DNA of 62,525 nt, filler included, from Choristocarpus tenellus KU-1152 (lineage: Eukaryota; Protista; Phaeophyceae), in NCBI GenBank assembly GCA_964200185.2. It is 11 parts of 11 records of this genome, joined end to end, with 100 filler letters (N's around TTAATTAATTAA, not from the genome) between each part and the next. Parts side by side here need not be neighbours in the genome. Positions count along the whole stretch, not along the records: positions 48,334 to 58,474 come from CAXNAD020003128.1; positions 58,575 to 62,525 come from CAXNAD020016972.1; 9 more parts are not named here. One strand, 5' to 3'. Position numbers and translations under genes: made by a program. This document shows positions 49,053-60,169 of the stretch, piece by piece; the stretch's first letter is position 1, and each line of letters starts with the position of its first letter. The notes under the pieces are model-generated. The model saw only the letters and a list, made by a program, of their open reading frames with translations. It was not told the origin of the DNA and searched no databases.

Positions 49053-51999
49053 AAGAGAGGAGTAGAGTAGATGAGGATGTACCAACACTTGAAAAAAATA
49101 GTACTATACCTGGGATCAAACCACTGCATTATGCAATGAGGTATTGTCTCTACTGGTTTCCCCCGTATGGGCTGAGGAGTCCCAGCACACACCAAGCGTC
49201 CAATTGGTTGAGAAATAGCTTGGCGGGTGAGCACCACGCTCCCAAGATGGCTAGGAACAGAGGGAAGAAGAAAAATGTGCATCACAGTGTTATCCACACC
49301 ACACACCTCTCTCTACCCCCATGTATCCTGAAGAGGCAAAAGAGAACAGGTTGATGTGCATGCATGTGCAGGAGGCTCTATCAGTTATTGGAAAGAAGAA
49401 GTAGGGATAGACGGTGTGTGATGGCTTGGGTGAACTGGCAACCAAGTACGGCTCTTAGAGCGTGACAGCTCCTATCACCCATCACAGCCACGTGTATATG
49501 TACATCCTTGTCGACAGTTGGGGTAACAAATTCTACAATAATAGAAGATGAGTCGGATTGATCCGTGTAACATGCGGGGAAGAATTTGCACACCCTGTGT
49601 CTACAACTCCCTGAATGTCGAATTCTACTACCACAGTGGATGCCCTGAATGTATTGAGGTATGTGATTCAATTCAATGCTGGTTGTGCAAGGATCGTTAT
49701 GTGTGCACGGACCACCAGCAAGTGTGGTCCACTGTCCATCTCGATATTCGCTCGCAGCTCACGCTGAAACTTTCTTTTCAGCACATTGACTCTGACTCAA
49801 ACAGGCAAAGAAGTCACCCCCCGTTCTCAGTGGTGTTGCCCAACAAGCGATACGAAAGAGAGCAGCATCCATCGAGATTTTCTTCTTCCACCAGCTTTCA
49901 AGTGGATACCAAATTCAATTCTTTGCCCGATGCTAGATATACACATACATCATACTTTCCTTTTGGCTGATTACGAAGTATCACTCAATCAAGTCCTTCC
50001 ACCGGGGACAATGGGGATACTCTGTGTGAGCATTCTGCCAGGTGAGGTCTCTTCAACCTCCTGCCTGACACACGACCTCTGGTTACCACTAACAAAAATG
50101 GGTCATGTCACAATCAAATAAACAAGTCAAACCTTGGTGACAAAATAAACAATGAATTCGAACAGGCTAACTCCAAGTGTCTCTCATACAAACAAAGGAG
50201 TATTCTGATTATGTTTACTAATGCTACACTCCAAAGCAAGAAACTGCAAAATACAAGAAATAAAAAGAAAGTACATGAAAAGAAGAAAAAGAAAGATCCT
50301 AACTTTACCCCCCAAAACAAGAAGTACTCTACTACAGAGTACTTTGAGGTGAAATGAAAATAGTAAGATGAAAAAAACACACACACACACCTTCAAAAGT
50401 GGACGACAATGCCTGCCTATCTCAGGATGAGCATCAGGACTGATGTTCTATTCTATCTCTTAGCCTACAACTCTGACACGATTGGGATGTTGGTGAATGT
50501 ACCCACAAGGAATTTTTCAATACATCAATATCGTGGAGATAATAGTGCATTACATACTGCCTGTTGCCATCCTATTCGAAAAGATCGTGCAGAAAAATGC
50601 TGCAATTATATTTTTCTATAGACTATTCAAACACACATATAAAGACCTGTTATTGGTAAGGAGATTGAGAGTGCCCTTAAAGAAGTCAAAGCCCTAACCT
50701 TAAGTCTAACTAACCCTAACAACAAATTCATATCCCCAACCCTATCCGCAGGTTCACATCCCTTCCCATGCTCCTAACCCCACCCTAACAACACATCCCA
50801 ACTCTAACCCTGACCACAATTTCATATTTCACATGCCTAACCCTAGCCATCACTCTAAGGGTATGCCCTACCCTAACAGCATATCCTTAACCCTAACATT
50901 GACATAACTGTCTACAATTTGTACATGAGTCATATCACCATGAAGGCCTGCAAAGAAGAGTCTACAACAAAAGCACGGTAGCAGTTGATGTAACTGTACG
51001 AATAAAAACCCATCGGAGGAAAGGAGACTGCTCTCTCACCCATTCGGCCTCCTTTTGTCTTGTGCTCTCCTTCTTGAAGTTCACGAAGGGACCTTTCCAG
51101 CTCCAATATCGCCTCGATGAGTTTTTATATGAGCCAGATTCAGTGCTAGAAACGGGTACAAACGTAAATTATGAACAATGTATTGATGTCAACTATTGAA
51201 TTGTTATTGGAGCAACACATTGCAAACAGGACATTAGAACATAATGAGCCTCGTCATACAGATGTGATGCTCAGGAGGAGTTTTTCCATAGCTGGAGAGT
51301 TCTGATTGCCCGAGACTACTAGTGGAAAGTGGTTGTACGTGGTTGGGAGTGATGACGAAATATATCAATAGTACACAACTAGCCACAACACACTGGAATT
51401 TTCACTCACCGAGTAAATTAGTTCAAAATATACTGTCAATAATATGCAAAGAAGCAATTTTCATCCCAACTATTACAGTGCACCCATATTCCCCGCTGGA
51501 CAATAATAAACCTATTGTCTTGTTCGCTCCATTTGTTTCTTGTTCGATCACATTTCCAGTAGAAGTATAACGCATTTGTTGGGCTTTGAATCTACAATTG
51601 ATAATGGCGGTAGTTGTCTAGTTTGGAGGTGACTCCATAGGATGTGTATGTGAACAGAGGAGGTAGTAGGTGAAGACCGTAGTGTAAACCAAGCTTTGTA
51701 CAGAATTCCTGGTGTCCTTTCCAGGAGACGAATAAACGATGAAAGAAGTGTTTCTGTTGTCCGTATTTGACAAAATCGGTGACGTGTATACACAGGACAC
51801 ACATGAATGAACTAGAAGATAGAGACTGGACTGGGTTTGGTCGTTTGAAGCTTATTGAAAATTCTTACTGTCAACTTGAAATCCAGTAGTTACGAGAAGT
51901 GCGTATCTACTATGGATATTCTGGGACGCTTTTTTAGGATCGGGCGCAGGATTCCGTCTAAAAGAAAAATAGGTGGAGTTGATTCATACAGTCGGAAAT

Positions 52000-53620
52000 G
52001 CTGACACACGTGTAGTTTGTGTGACAAGAGTATAACGCCTGGTGATTTTTTCTACCAGCTTTTAGGAAAGCAAAGGCATGCTCGTTGTCCCCATCACACA
52101 CGGAATTATACCAATAAGTTGTTTGATAGTCAACCTGTGTGAAGGATTATGGTATATGGTAATTCGAGATCAGGACCAAGGGTGGTCACAAGTATGGTTG
52201 GCGGGGATATGTTCCAGTTATCCGAAATCTCTTTACTGATCTCTTTACTTATGCAGTAGGTTGTCACACTATTGCGTCAAATCAAGACATCCAGCCTATG
52301 TGCTAAGGAGTATGATACCAGCAAGTACGAATTCTCAAATCAAGACTGGTTGAGAGGAGGATTTGCTGGATATCCTGTCCATTTACTGCACGATAGGTTG
52401 CAGTCACACAACATCAATGTGCATTTGCTCTACCCCTTCGTGAAGATCACAGGAGGGTCCATAGCCCTAAACATGAAGACGACAGATAGCGTGTGTGGAG
52501 GAATTACGAACAGGACCAGATCTATGCCCAGCAATCCTGTTGATAGTATACTGACCTAAAAATCGGTTGAGAGGGTGATGGTCTAAGTCTGGTAAAAGAG
52601 GTACTGATTGTTCCAAAAACAAACAATACAGTTAATTCAAGTTTGAAATGGGAGGTTGGACTTGTTGATAGAAATCTTTTGTTCTACCCGAAAGGGGGGG
52701 AAACAACGTGGGTTTCCAGGTAGTATCGCCCGGAATATATGGGTGATACCTTGAAGCATTTCTAAGGGGAACCCCTCGAAAGGGAAAGCAACTGTGTATT
52801 CGCTGACCATCAGTACTCTCATGGACTCTCTCATTTTGAAGATACTAAGAGTGGAGAAATTTATTTTGGAGTCCCCTCCAGTCTTACTGATGATTAACTT
52901 TTCACTCCTTGAATGGAATCTCCACACTTGTCCTTATCCTACCGTACCCCGGTCCTTTCAGTTACATTGTGTCTTGGTCAGTCTGGTCCATCTTCCACAA
53001 TGAGTTTCTTTGCTGTCCTCATCTGGTGAACCATGCGACCACAAAATCTCACGATTCACATTATATATTTCTAATAGCTGATACCATATGAAAATATTAC
53101 TCACAGGGATCGATTGGGGGTACACGCCCTTGCTTGCACCCAATGTCGCACTAGGGGATAGTTGACTTGTTTTGAACCCGCACCCTTGGCTACCAAGTTT
53201 CGTTAGGAGTCTGGCACTGTTTGCCACCTGTTTGCACTCATTGTTCCCAGCACAGTGAGGTTCCTCACGACGTGGCAGAACGAGTTTTGGTAGGCAATTA
53301 CACCAATGAAACCACTTTAGCAACCTACTTCATGACACTCAAAATGGACAATACGAGGTGCAGTTCAAGGTCTATATCGGCGCATGAGGGCATGGGCTTC
53401 CCTTCATTGGACCTTCCAATGTGTGAAACAAAATGGTGGTTGGACCTGCGGAGTCTAAGGAACCTAGGTGGGAGTGTGGCCTGCAGTTCTTCTGTGCTAC
53501 TGTGTGTCAAAGATGCTCTGTTCTATCTTTCTAGGTGTAACCGTACCCTCTGGTGTCCTCGGTCACAGGACCACATGCTGAAGATATTTCTTTATGGCCT
53601 GTCAACATAGTAATACACCC
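52000..53620 (-). mobile_element. Decayed non-LTR retrotransposon (RTE-like LINE) RT relic
   Basis: Ordered traces on the minus strand: HKEISS (YRGISL-like), RFLRLRRSNH (GFRPQRST-like), CADIDLE (CFIDL-like), GCKQG..NIFI (G.RQG..LFNIF-like), LMVSEYT (LTVSE.KT-like) and INRIA. Confidence 0.5.
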
Positions 53621-55513
53621 GTCGAGACAATTACGCGCAATGAGACGAACTTGTTGGAACAATGCTCTAGTGCAACGATCCCACTGAGTACCACTGTATC
53701 TCACATAACAAGCATAATGGACTTCTGCCAACTTTCTATGGCCAGGATGGGGTACTGCAGGGCGCAATGCTGTGAGTGGGTAACAGGGGGGGGCTTCTCT
53801 GGGTGTGAAAAGAGAAGGGGATGCTCCACCAGGTAGTACCCCACTCTGCCCTCGAGGAGAAAAGGAACACCAGGTGTGTGTGTGTGACTGAGGAATCCCG
53901 TGACCGCTGTGCTGGAGGATAAACAGGAGAACAACCGCCACTAAGGAGTTGCAATGTTCAAACACCACCAGGAAGAAAATTACAAAATGAGGGGCTGTGC
54001 CTGGGTCGCAGGGACGAGGTCTTGTGTGGGTATATCTTGTGGACTGTGTCGGGGGAGTGTGTGGCCTTCACGTCCAAAATTTCATGATTGAGCTCAGCAT
54101 ACAATGTGTAGGTGTGAGGTCTTTGTGGAACTTTGACCTCAGAAGGTCTAAAGAGAATTCTATGGTCCATAGTTACTACTATACTGGAGAAGGGTATGTT
54201 TAGCCCAGGTTGTCCATTCTAAGCTTGATGAGGTGTTGTGCGATACCCCTGTTGAATGTCCTTCTTGTGTGTGATTTTCCTTCGAATCTTGGTTCAGGCA
54301 AATGGGATGGAAAAAGAAGATGCGTTCAGATGAAGAAAATTGTCCTCTATTCTGACACGTTTACTCAAATGGCATGAAAATCACTACAGCGTTACACAGG
54401 CACCCAATAGATGACTGGCCCCCTCTAGGACACTATGGATCTTAAAACTGATGATGAAGCAATCGCAGGCTAGGGCCTTGATAGACAGCGTGAAAAAAGA
54501 GACATTCTGTGCCAAACACCACCTCAGGAATGCTGAACAAAAAAATGAGTTCCACCACACGTGGGTGGAAGTGTTGACGTTATAGTTGTGGGTATCACTA
54601 CTTTGCATCTAGTGGTAGCCGTTGAACTATCCCACACTGGACCCGCGGCTTTTATGGTGCTTTAATGAAGGACAAAGAACAGCTTGATGTAGATGAGTAA
54701 GGTTAATATTACAGGGGTCTTGTGGTCTCGATTCCGCTGACTGAGAAGGTGGGAAAGACCAGTGCAGCCTACCATGTGGCATTTGCAACATCCACATGGA
54801 TAATCAGAAAATAATCATATCTACTTATCACACGTGCCATACATGATATATCAACTGATCAAGTATCAGGTCCATACCATACATGAACTACCACACATAA
54901 ACGTTTTGTAGAGCCCAACTGAAATATACGGAAACATATATCTGGCTCTACCTTTCCTCCATTACTCCACCAGTAGTGTCTGCATTTCCTAATCTACTCC
55001 ACCGATGGTGTCTGTAGTGTACCAGCAGCACTATCTACGAACAGTAGTTTCACAAAGACTCATGTGTTTATTCTTGTTCCCTCCACGAGGACATCAACAG
55101 AATATCATACAATATATTATATACTCAGTATATGCGAATACAACACAGGGAGTGGTGGGGATAGTCACCACTGAGAACTATTGTTAATAAAATCAAGTCA
55201 AGTCATTACGCCACAGTCTACCACCCTTCAACATACAAAAAACCCAAGAAAGACTGTCCCACTGTCCTCGTGTACTCCTCACTCAGTTGCTTCTGGCGAG
55301 GAGGACCTCCTCATTCCCCAGTAAAAGCCTCCCGGATCTATCCTTCCCCTTTTTTCCCCCTCTCTAGGGTGCCTGATTCACCCCCCTACCACGTGGGCAA
55401 GTTTACAACGAAAGGTATTGAATGGGTTCTACCAGGAAGGTATTTCCAATTACACTGTTCATGACAGTCTGGATGGACTCTGCACCCCCACCTTCTAACA
55501 CCGGGGTTCAACT

Positions 55514-56161
55514 TCAGTTCTGCTGTACCTCAGATAAGAAACGCCCCTGAAGTTCGGCGTACGGATCACATTTATTAGTGCATACTAATCCTTGTATTTC
55601 GTCACAGACCTTACTAAGAACAAGGGTGCACAACTGCGTAAAAACCAAAGCCAGGAATGTACCAACAGAACCTAGAGTTACACACCCGACAGCAGATATC
55701 AGTTTGCACGATACTTCAGTTAAAATTTTACAGTCCTCACAAGACAGTAGGTGTCTCGTCCTATTTGTAATCCTCCTACTGGTTCCTTTCTTCTTCTTTC
55801 CAGCTCCTTCCAAACTCAAGGCACGATTCTGAAGATTGCGATGGGCTCCAGTCTTCTTCAGCTTTGCCTTTTTTATGTTGCCCATAGAGTCGTACTTGAG
55901 CTTGTAGAGCCCCTCGCTGCCAGCGCGCACTTTACGAGCGACGCCATCAGCATCGAACTTGACGATGGCCCGCTCATTGCTCGTACCAGGAATGATGAAC
56001 TTTAATTTGTAGGGTAGGTATTTTCTCCCGTTGAATACCATCTTGTATTTTGTACCTTCATCGTCGAACCACTTTATCTTCTGGGCACACAGGCCTTGGT
56101 TCAACATCATGACTAAGACGACCAGCCACAAAACTATGCTGTACATGCCATGGTGAAACAT
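55514..56161 (-). CDS. Secreted precursor protein: signal peptide, basic beta-rich domain, RHLL site, 8-Cys C-terminal peptide
   Basis: The open 247-aa frame (55514-56257) has likely starts at M 56161 or M 56146, followed by hydrophobic YSIVLWLVVLVMMLNQGLCA. An acceptor-like acatacag at ~56226 suggests a 5'UTR intron. The C-terminal domain is CEDC-x7-C-x7-C-x17-C-x7-C-x7-C-x3-C. A donor at GAG|gtacag near the end could extend the protein. Confidence 0.8.
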   Translation of the reverse strand: MFHHGMYSIVLWLVVLVMMLNQGLCAQKIKWFDDEGTKYKMVFNGRKYLPYKLKFIIPGTSNERAIVKFDADGVARKVRAGSEGLYKLKYDSMGNIKKAKLKKTGAHRNLQNRALSLEGAGKKKKGTSRRITNRTRHLLSCEDCKILTEVSCKLISAVGCVTLGSVGTFLALVFTQLCTLVLSKVCDEIQGLVCTNKCDPYAELQGRFLSEVQQN

Positions 56162-57042
56162 GCTTTTGAACGATGGCAGTGACTGACTTGGGGGCGGTTC
56201 TAAACCTGTGTCAGCGTGTTGCTGCCTGTATGTGCATAAGTTAACGAACAAATACATAAGACACAGGGTGGGTGAAGCGGTGAAGCGTGATCAAATGTCA
56301 CTGGCGCACTGCCTGCAATGTTGAATGATCCATATACGAGAAAGAATAATAAAGTGAGGAAATCTCTATGGATAGGGGCGAGGGGTTGGAGGCTGATCCG
56401 AAACGTGGACCAAGATAGTTGAGGCCGTTGAGATGGTGATGATCGACGTGCATGCTCCTCGCCACAAGGGGTTCTATCTGTGTGGGACGTATCACTGCTC
56501 TGCTGTGCTGGGGAAGCACAAACTACCACCACAAAAGCAGGCAGAATCGACCCTTCGTGGATTTCGAGTCAAGAACCTTGTTTAGTCATGAACAGGTACA
56601 AAACAGTATCGAGATCGGTAAGGAGATGTCACAAGATTTCCTGACAAGCAAATAGGAGGTTCAAAACTCTCTCGATCATCACCTTCACACGAGTAGGGCA
56701 ACGTTATCCCTTGCTCCTTAGTGGTAGTAAGCTGGACTGAGAGAAGTTATACTGAGGGGGTGCTTGGTCAGGTGTGTTTTGCGAGGATGTGGATATCTAT
56801 CTGTAAGTGGAGTTTTTCTTCCTTTTCTTAAATTATATAAAATACTAAAGTTGGGGAGAATGCAAATTCTGGTGAAAGGTCTTGATATAATAATAGTAAG
56901 GTAATACAATACCAAATATTAACGTCTCTCTATATACCAACTAGTAAGGTAGTAGAATAATAAGTACATCACAAAAATTCCGTCCCTTCTATTTCTTGTT
57001 TGTACCTTTCTTGGTACGTTTCATATCCTTATCACCCTCATT

Positions 57043-57184
57043 TTGTTCAAATCTCGAATTGGACGAAATTATACGTTTAGGACATTTTATATACACTGTT
57101 CAAATCTTGAATTGGATGAAGTTGTACAGTATTCAAAACTCGAATTGGATGAAGTTGTACAGTGTTCAAATATTGAATTGGATG
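57043..57184. repeat. Short ~33-bp tandem repeat (4 copies)
   Basis: tgttcaaatc.(c/t)gaattggatgaagttgtacag units at 57043, 57096, 57130 and 57163. Confidence 0.8.
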
Positions 57185-57901
57185 TGTTTTTGTAAGGAAA
57201 GGTCGTGGATGCATTAACTCCGAATATATCTCTTTCAAATGTGGATCATTGTATAGTCAATAGATAGGTTGAACAACAACAGACGGACGGACCTCGCCCT
57301 TTTTTGTACCAATTTTTCTACCCATACAACCATACTTCGGTAAAAAACACCAATTGAGGTGTGCTCCAAAGCTATGGCCTTGAATTTTGTAAAAACTAAA
57401 CTTTGAATGATCTTCTGCCCTTCGGTTTTTTCCAAAAAAATATTTTGAGGCACTTTTTCCAACCACAGGCCCATAGGTTTGTAAGACCACCTGTTGGACA
57501 ACCTTTTGAAAAGCACCCCAATCCCATGGTCGTTTAGTTTGTAAAAACTTCCTTTTGAACGAACTATCGAAGTGTACTTCCAAACATATCACTTTCAGGT
57601 TTTTCAACAAGTCCCCCCTTTCGCTCGATTTTTTAAACAATAGAACCGTATGTTTGTACAAGTCACCATTTTAAAGCTACGTTTTCGAACCTATGCTTTT
57701 GGGTTCGCAATTACCACCTTTTGAACGACCATCACCTTTTGAAGTGTGCTCCAACCTACCTATTGCCCGTAGGGTGAACACCCTCAGAGGTGCTTGACGT
57801 GAAACGAAGTATGAACAGGCACTGTGAGGAAGTATGTATAGGCTGTGAATACATGTTGGTAAAGGTTCAAAGAGAAAGAAGCGCAGGTTCACGAAGTGCT
57901 G

Positions 57902-58474
57902 CATGCAGCAAGGCTGAAGAGATAGTTGATATTATATCATCCATAAATGATTTTTTTGTAATATTTCCTTCACTCTATCCCCTGCCTGACACACCCCTCA
58001 AATACTAGACCTCTGACATCAAATTTTGAAACCGAAGTAAGTTTTCCAACCTAAAGATTAGCAGTGCCTCTGAGGATGGGAAAGAGTGTATATGCGTATA
58101 CCATAGCAAGTATGGCGAGTCTAATCTAGGAGCTCAGAGGATAAACCTAAACTTCACGTTCTCTTAATCGGCTCATATGTGTCACGTGTCGACCAAGTGT
58201 TTTATGTTGCAGAACATCTACCAAATGTGTCAGACATACCATAAACCATGGAAAGTGCAACATTAAACTCATGATCATATACTCGCAGAATAGCATGCAT
58301 GAGGTATGGATACTTGTGGGTACATACTAACTAAAGAATCATTACTAGTGGACAGGCCAACGGTCGATACTAGTTGACGAGTGAAAGTATCTTAGAGGGC
58401 ACGAGTTTTGCCCTGTTTGTCTGTTTGGGGCTTGACTTCTCACGGGTTTTTATTACATTTTCCTACTCTGAAAC
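57902..58474 (+). repeat. Direct repeat copy 2 (573 bp), includes the start of a B MITE at 58379
   Basis: Near-identical to 48334-48907; offset 9567-9568 bp. Confidence 0.95.
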
Positions 58475-60096
58475 NNNNNNNNNNNNNNNNNNNNNNNNNN
58501 NNNNNNNNNNNNNNNNNNTTAATTAATTAANNNNNNNNNNNNNNNNNNNNNNNNNNNNNNNNNNNNNNNNNNNNCACCTAGAAATTGGCAACAATAGTGA
58601 CCAAAAATGCAAAACAAGTCTGAAAGAAAATTAATCAATACACAACGGAGAAGAGTTTTGAAGAACAGAAGTGTGAAACAGTAGGAAACCACAGAACAGA
58701 CTGTTTCTAGTCAAGGGGAGGGAGAACACCCGCAAGAGGAACGGAATGAAGAGAGACAAGGCAGGAGGGTGAGTATCCCTCGGAAGGTCACTTCTAGGAA
58801 GGAGTGAGTAAGGAAAGTGAATGATGGGAGGTGGGAAGACCTCCACTCAACAACCCGATATCGACGTCATTAGGAAGCAATGCTGATGTCATGAGGGGAA
58901 AGAGACAGACTCTGAGGCCTAACTCTTAAAGAGAGTTCAATTTGAAGGTATACCGAAAAAAAATGGAGGAAGTGTGTGTGCAGAAAGAAGCTGGCATGGG
59001 CAGTGAAAGAAAATAAATAAGTCTCTCAAAATGATAATACTGTCAGGCATGACACACAGAAATATCTGAATGATACACAAGATGCCCAGCAAAAAGATTA
59101 TTGAGTGAAAGCGCCACAATCAGAGCTTGCAACTAAGATAGATTTTGTGGGAACCAAATCCGTGCCAAGTTCACCTTGATGAGGGTTGAGATAATAAAAC
59201 ATACCTGGGTACATGAAAATATCACGATTTTGATGCATCGGACATGACCATGTAAGGTCAAGCCTTCAACGCGAAAGGGCATGGGCAAGGACTACCTAGT
59301 GTTAACTTGAAGTTCTGTATAACTCCATGAAGGAGATTAAGGGGCACGAGCATGGACCATCTTCTCAAGTGAGGTGGGAAAAAGAACAGGGGAGACTGCC
59401 CATAGGGAGCACCGAAAATGTGATCGAATTACAGGTGTTTAGCTGCAGCACCAGATATTACATACACATTCGTATATAGAATTCAACACCATAGGATATG
59501 GGTGTTCCAGTCTCTCGGCAAGGGTTAAGAGACTGCTGGAAAGGGAAAGAAATAATAATATAGAAAGATATTGAACGTTGTTGAAAGGGAAACAGAAAAT
59601 AATTAAACGTGTATGTATGAAGACGTGAAGGAAGAAATAAAATCAGTAGGTATCTAACGGAAGACGTGCAGCTATGTTATTTGCTACCGTAAAAAATATC
59701 ATATCATGCATCCCAAGCAGATGGATGGTAAGGACCAAACAGTGTGGAAATACACACTATCATATCAACCATCAACACATCATACAGAAACGTGGGTGAA
59801 GAAGGTAAATCTTAAACCGTGGGCAACACGGGGATGGAGTTTGATGGTCATGCACCATCACTGAGACAACAGTTCAAGCCAAGACAGTTGCCCTCCTGTT
59901 TAAATTGGACCTTTCTATTGTATAAAACGGGGCATCAAAAAAAAAATAAAGCAATAAAAAAAAGAAGGAAGAAACAAGTGTGAAGGAGTCATTTGGAAAA
60001 ATTCGAACTCGGGTTTTTTCCGCCCATACATAAGTGCACACATGTACTTCGAAGTATGATCTAATCAACTTGGCATAAGTCGATACACGCCAGTTA

Positions 60097-60128
<32 letters not shown>

Positions 60129-60169
60129 TGAACAACACAATCTCAAACCATTGAATGAAATACGCAAGG

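Noticed and set aside
57235-57661. ORFs of 93 and 134 aa on the minus strand
   Set aside because: They lie in AT-rich, internally repetitive sequence with no motif or splice support.
48334-58474. LTR retrotransposon or extrachromosomal circle
   Set aside because: No TG...CA ends, PBS or gag/pol are visible between the repeats. The copies differ at several sites, unlike the overlap of a circular contig.
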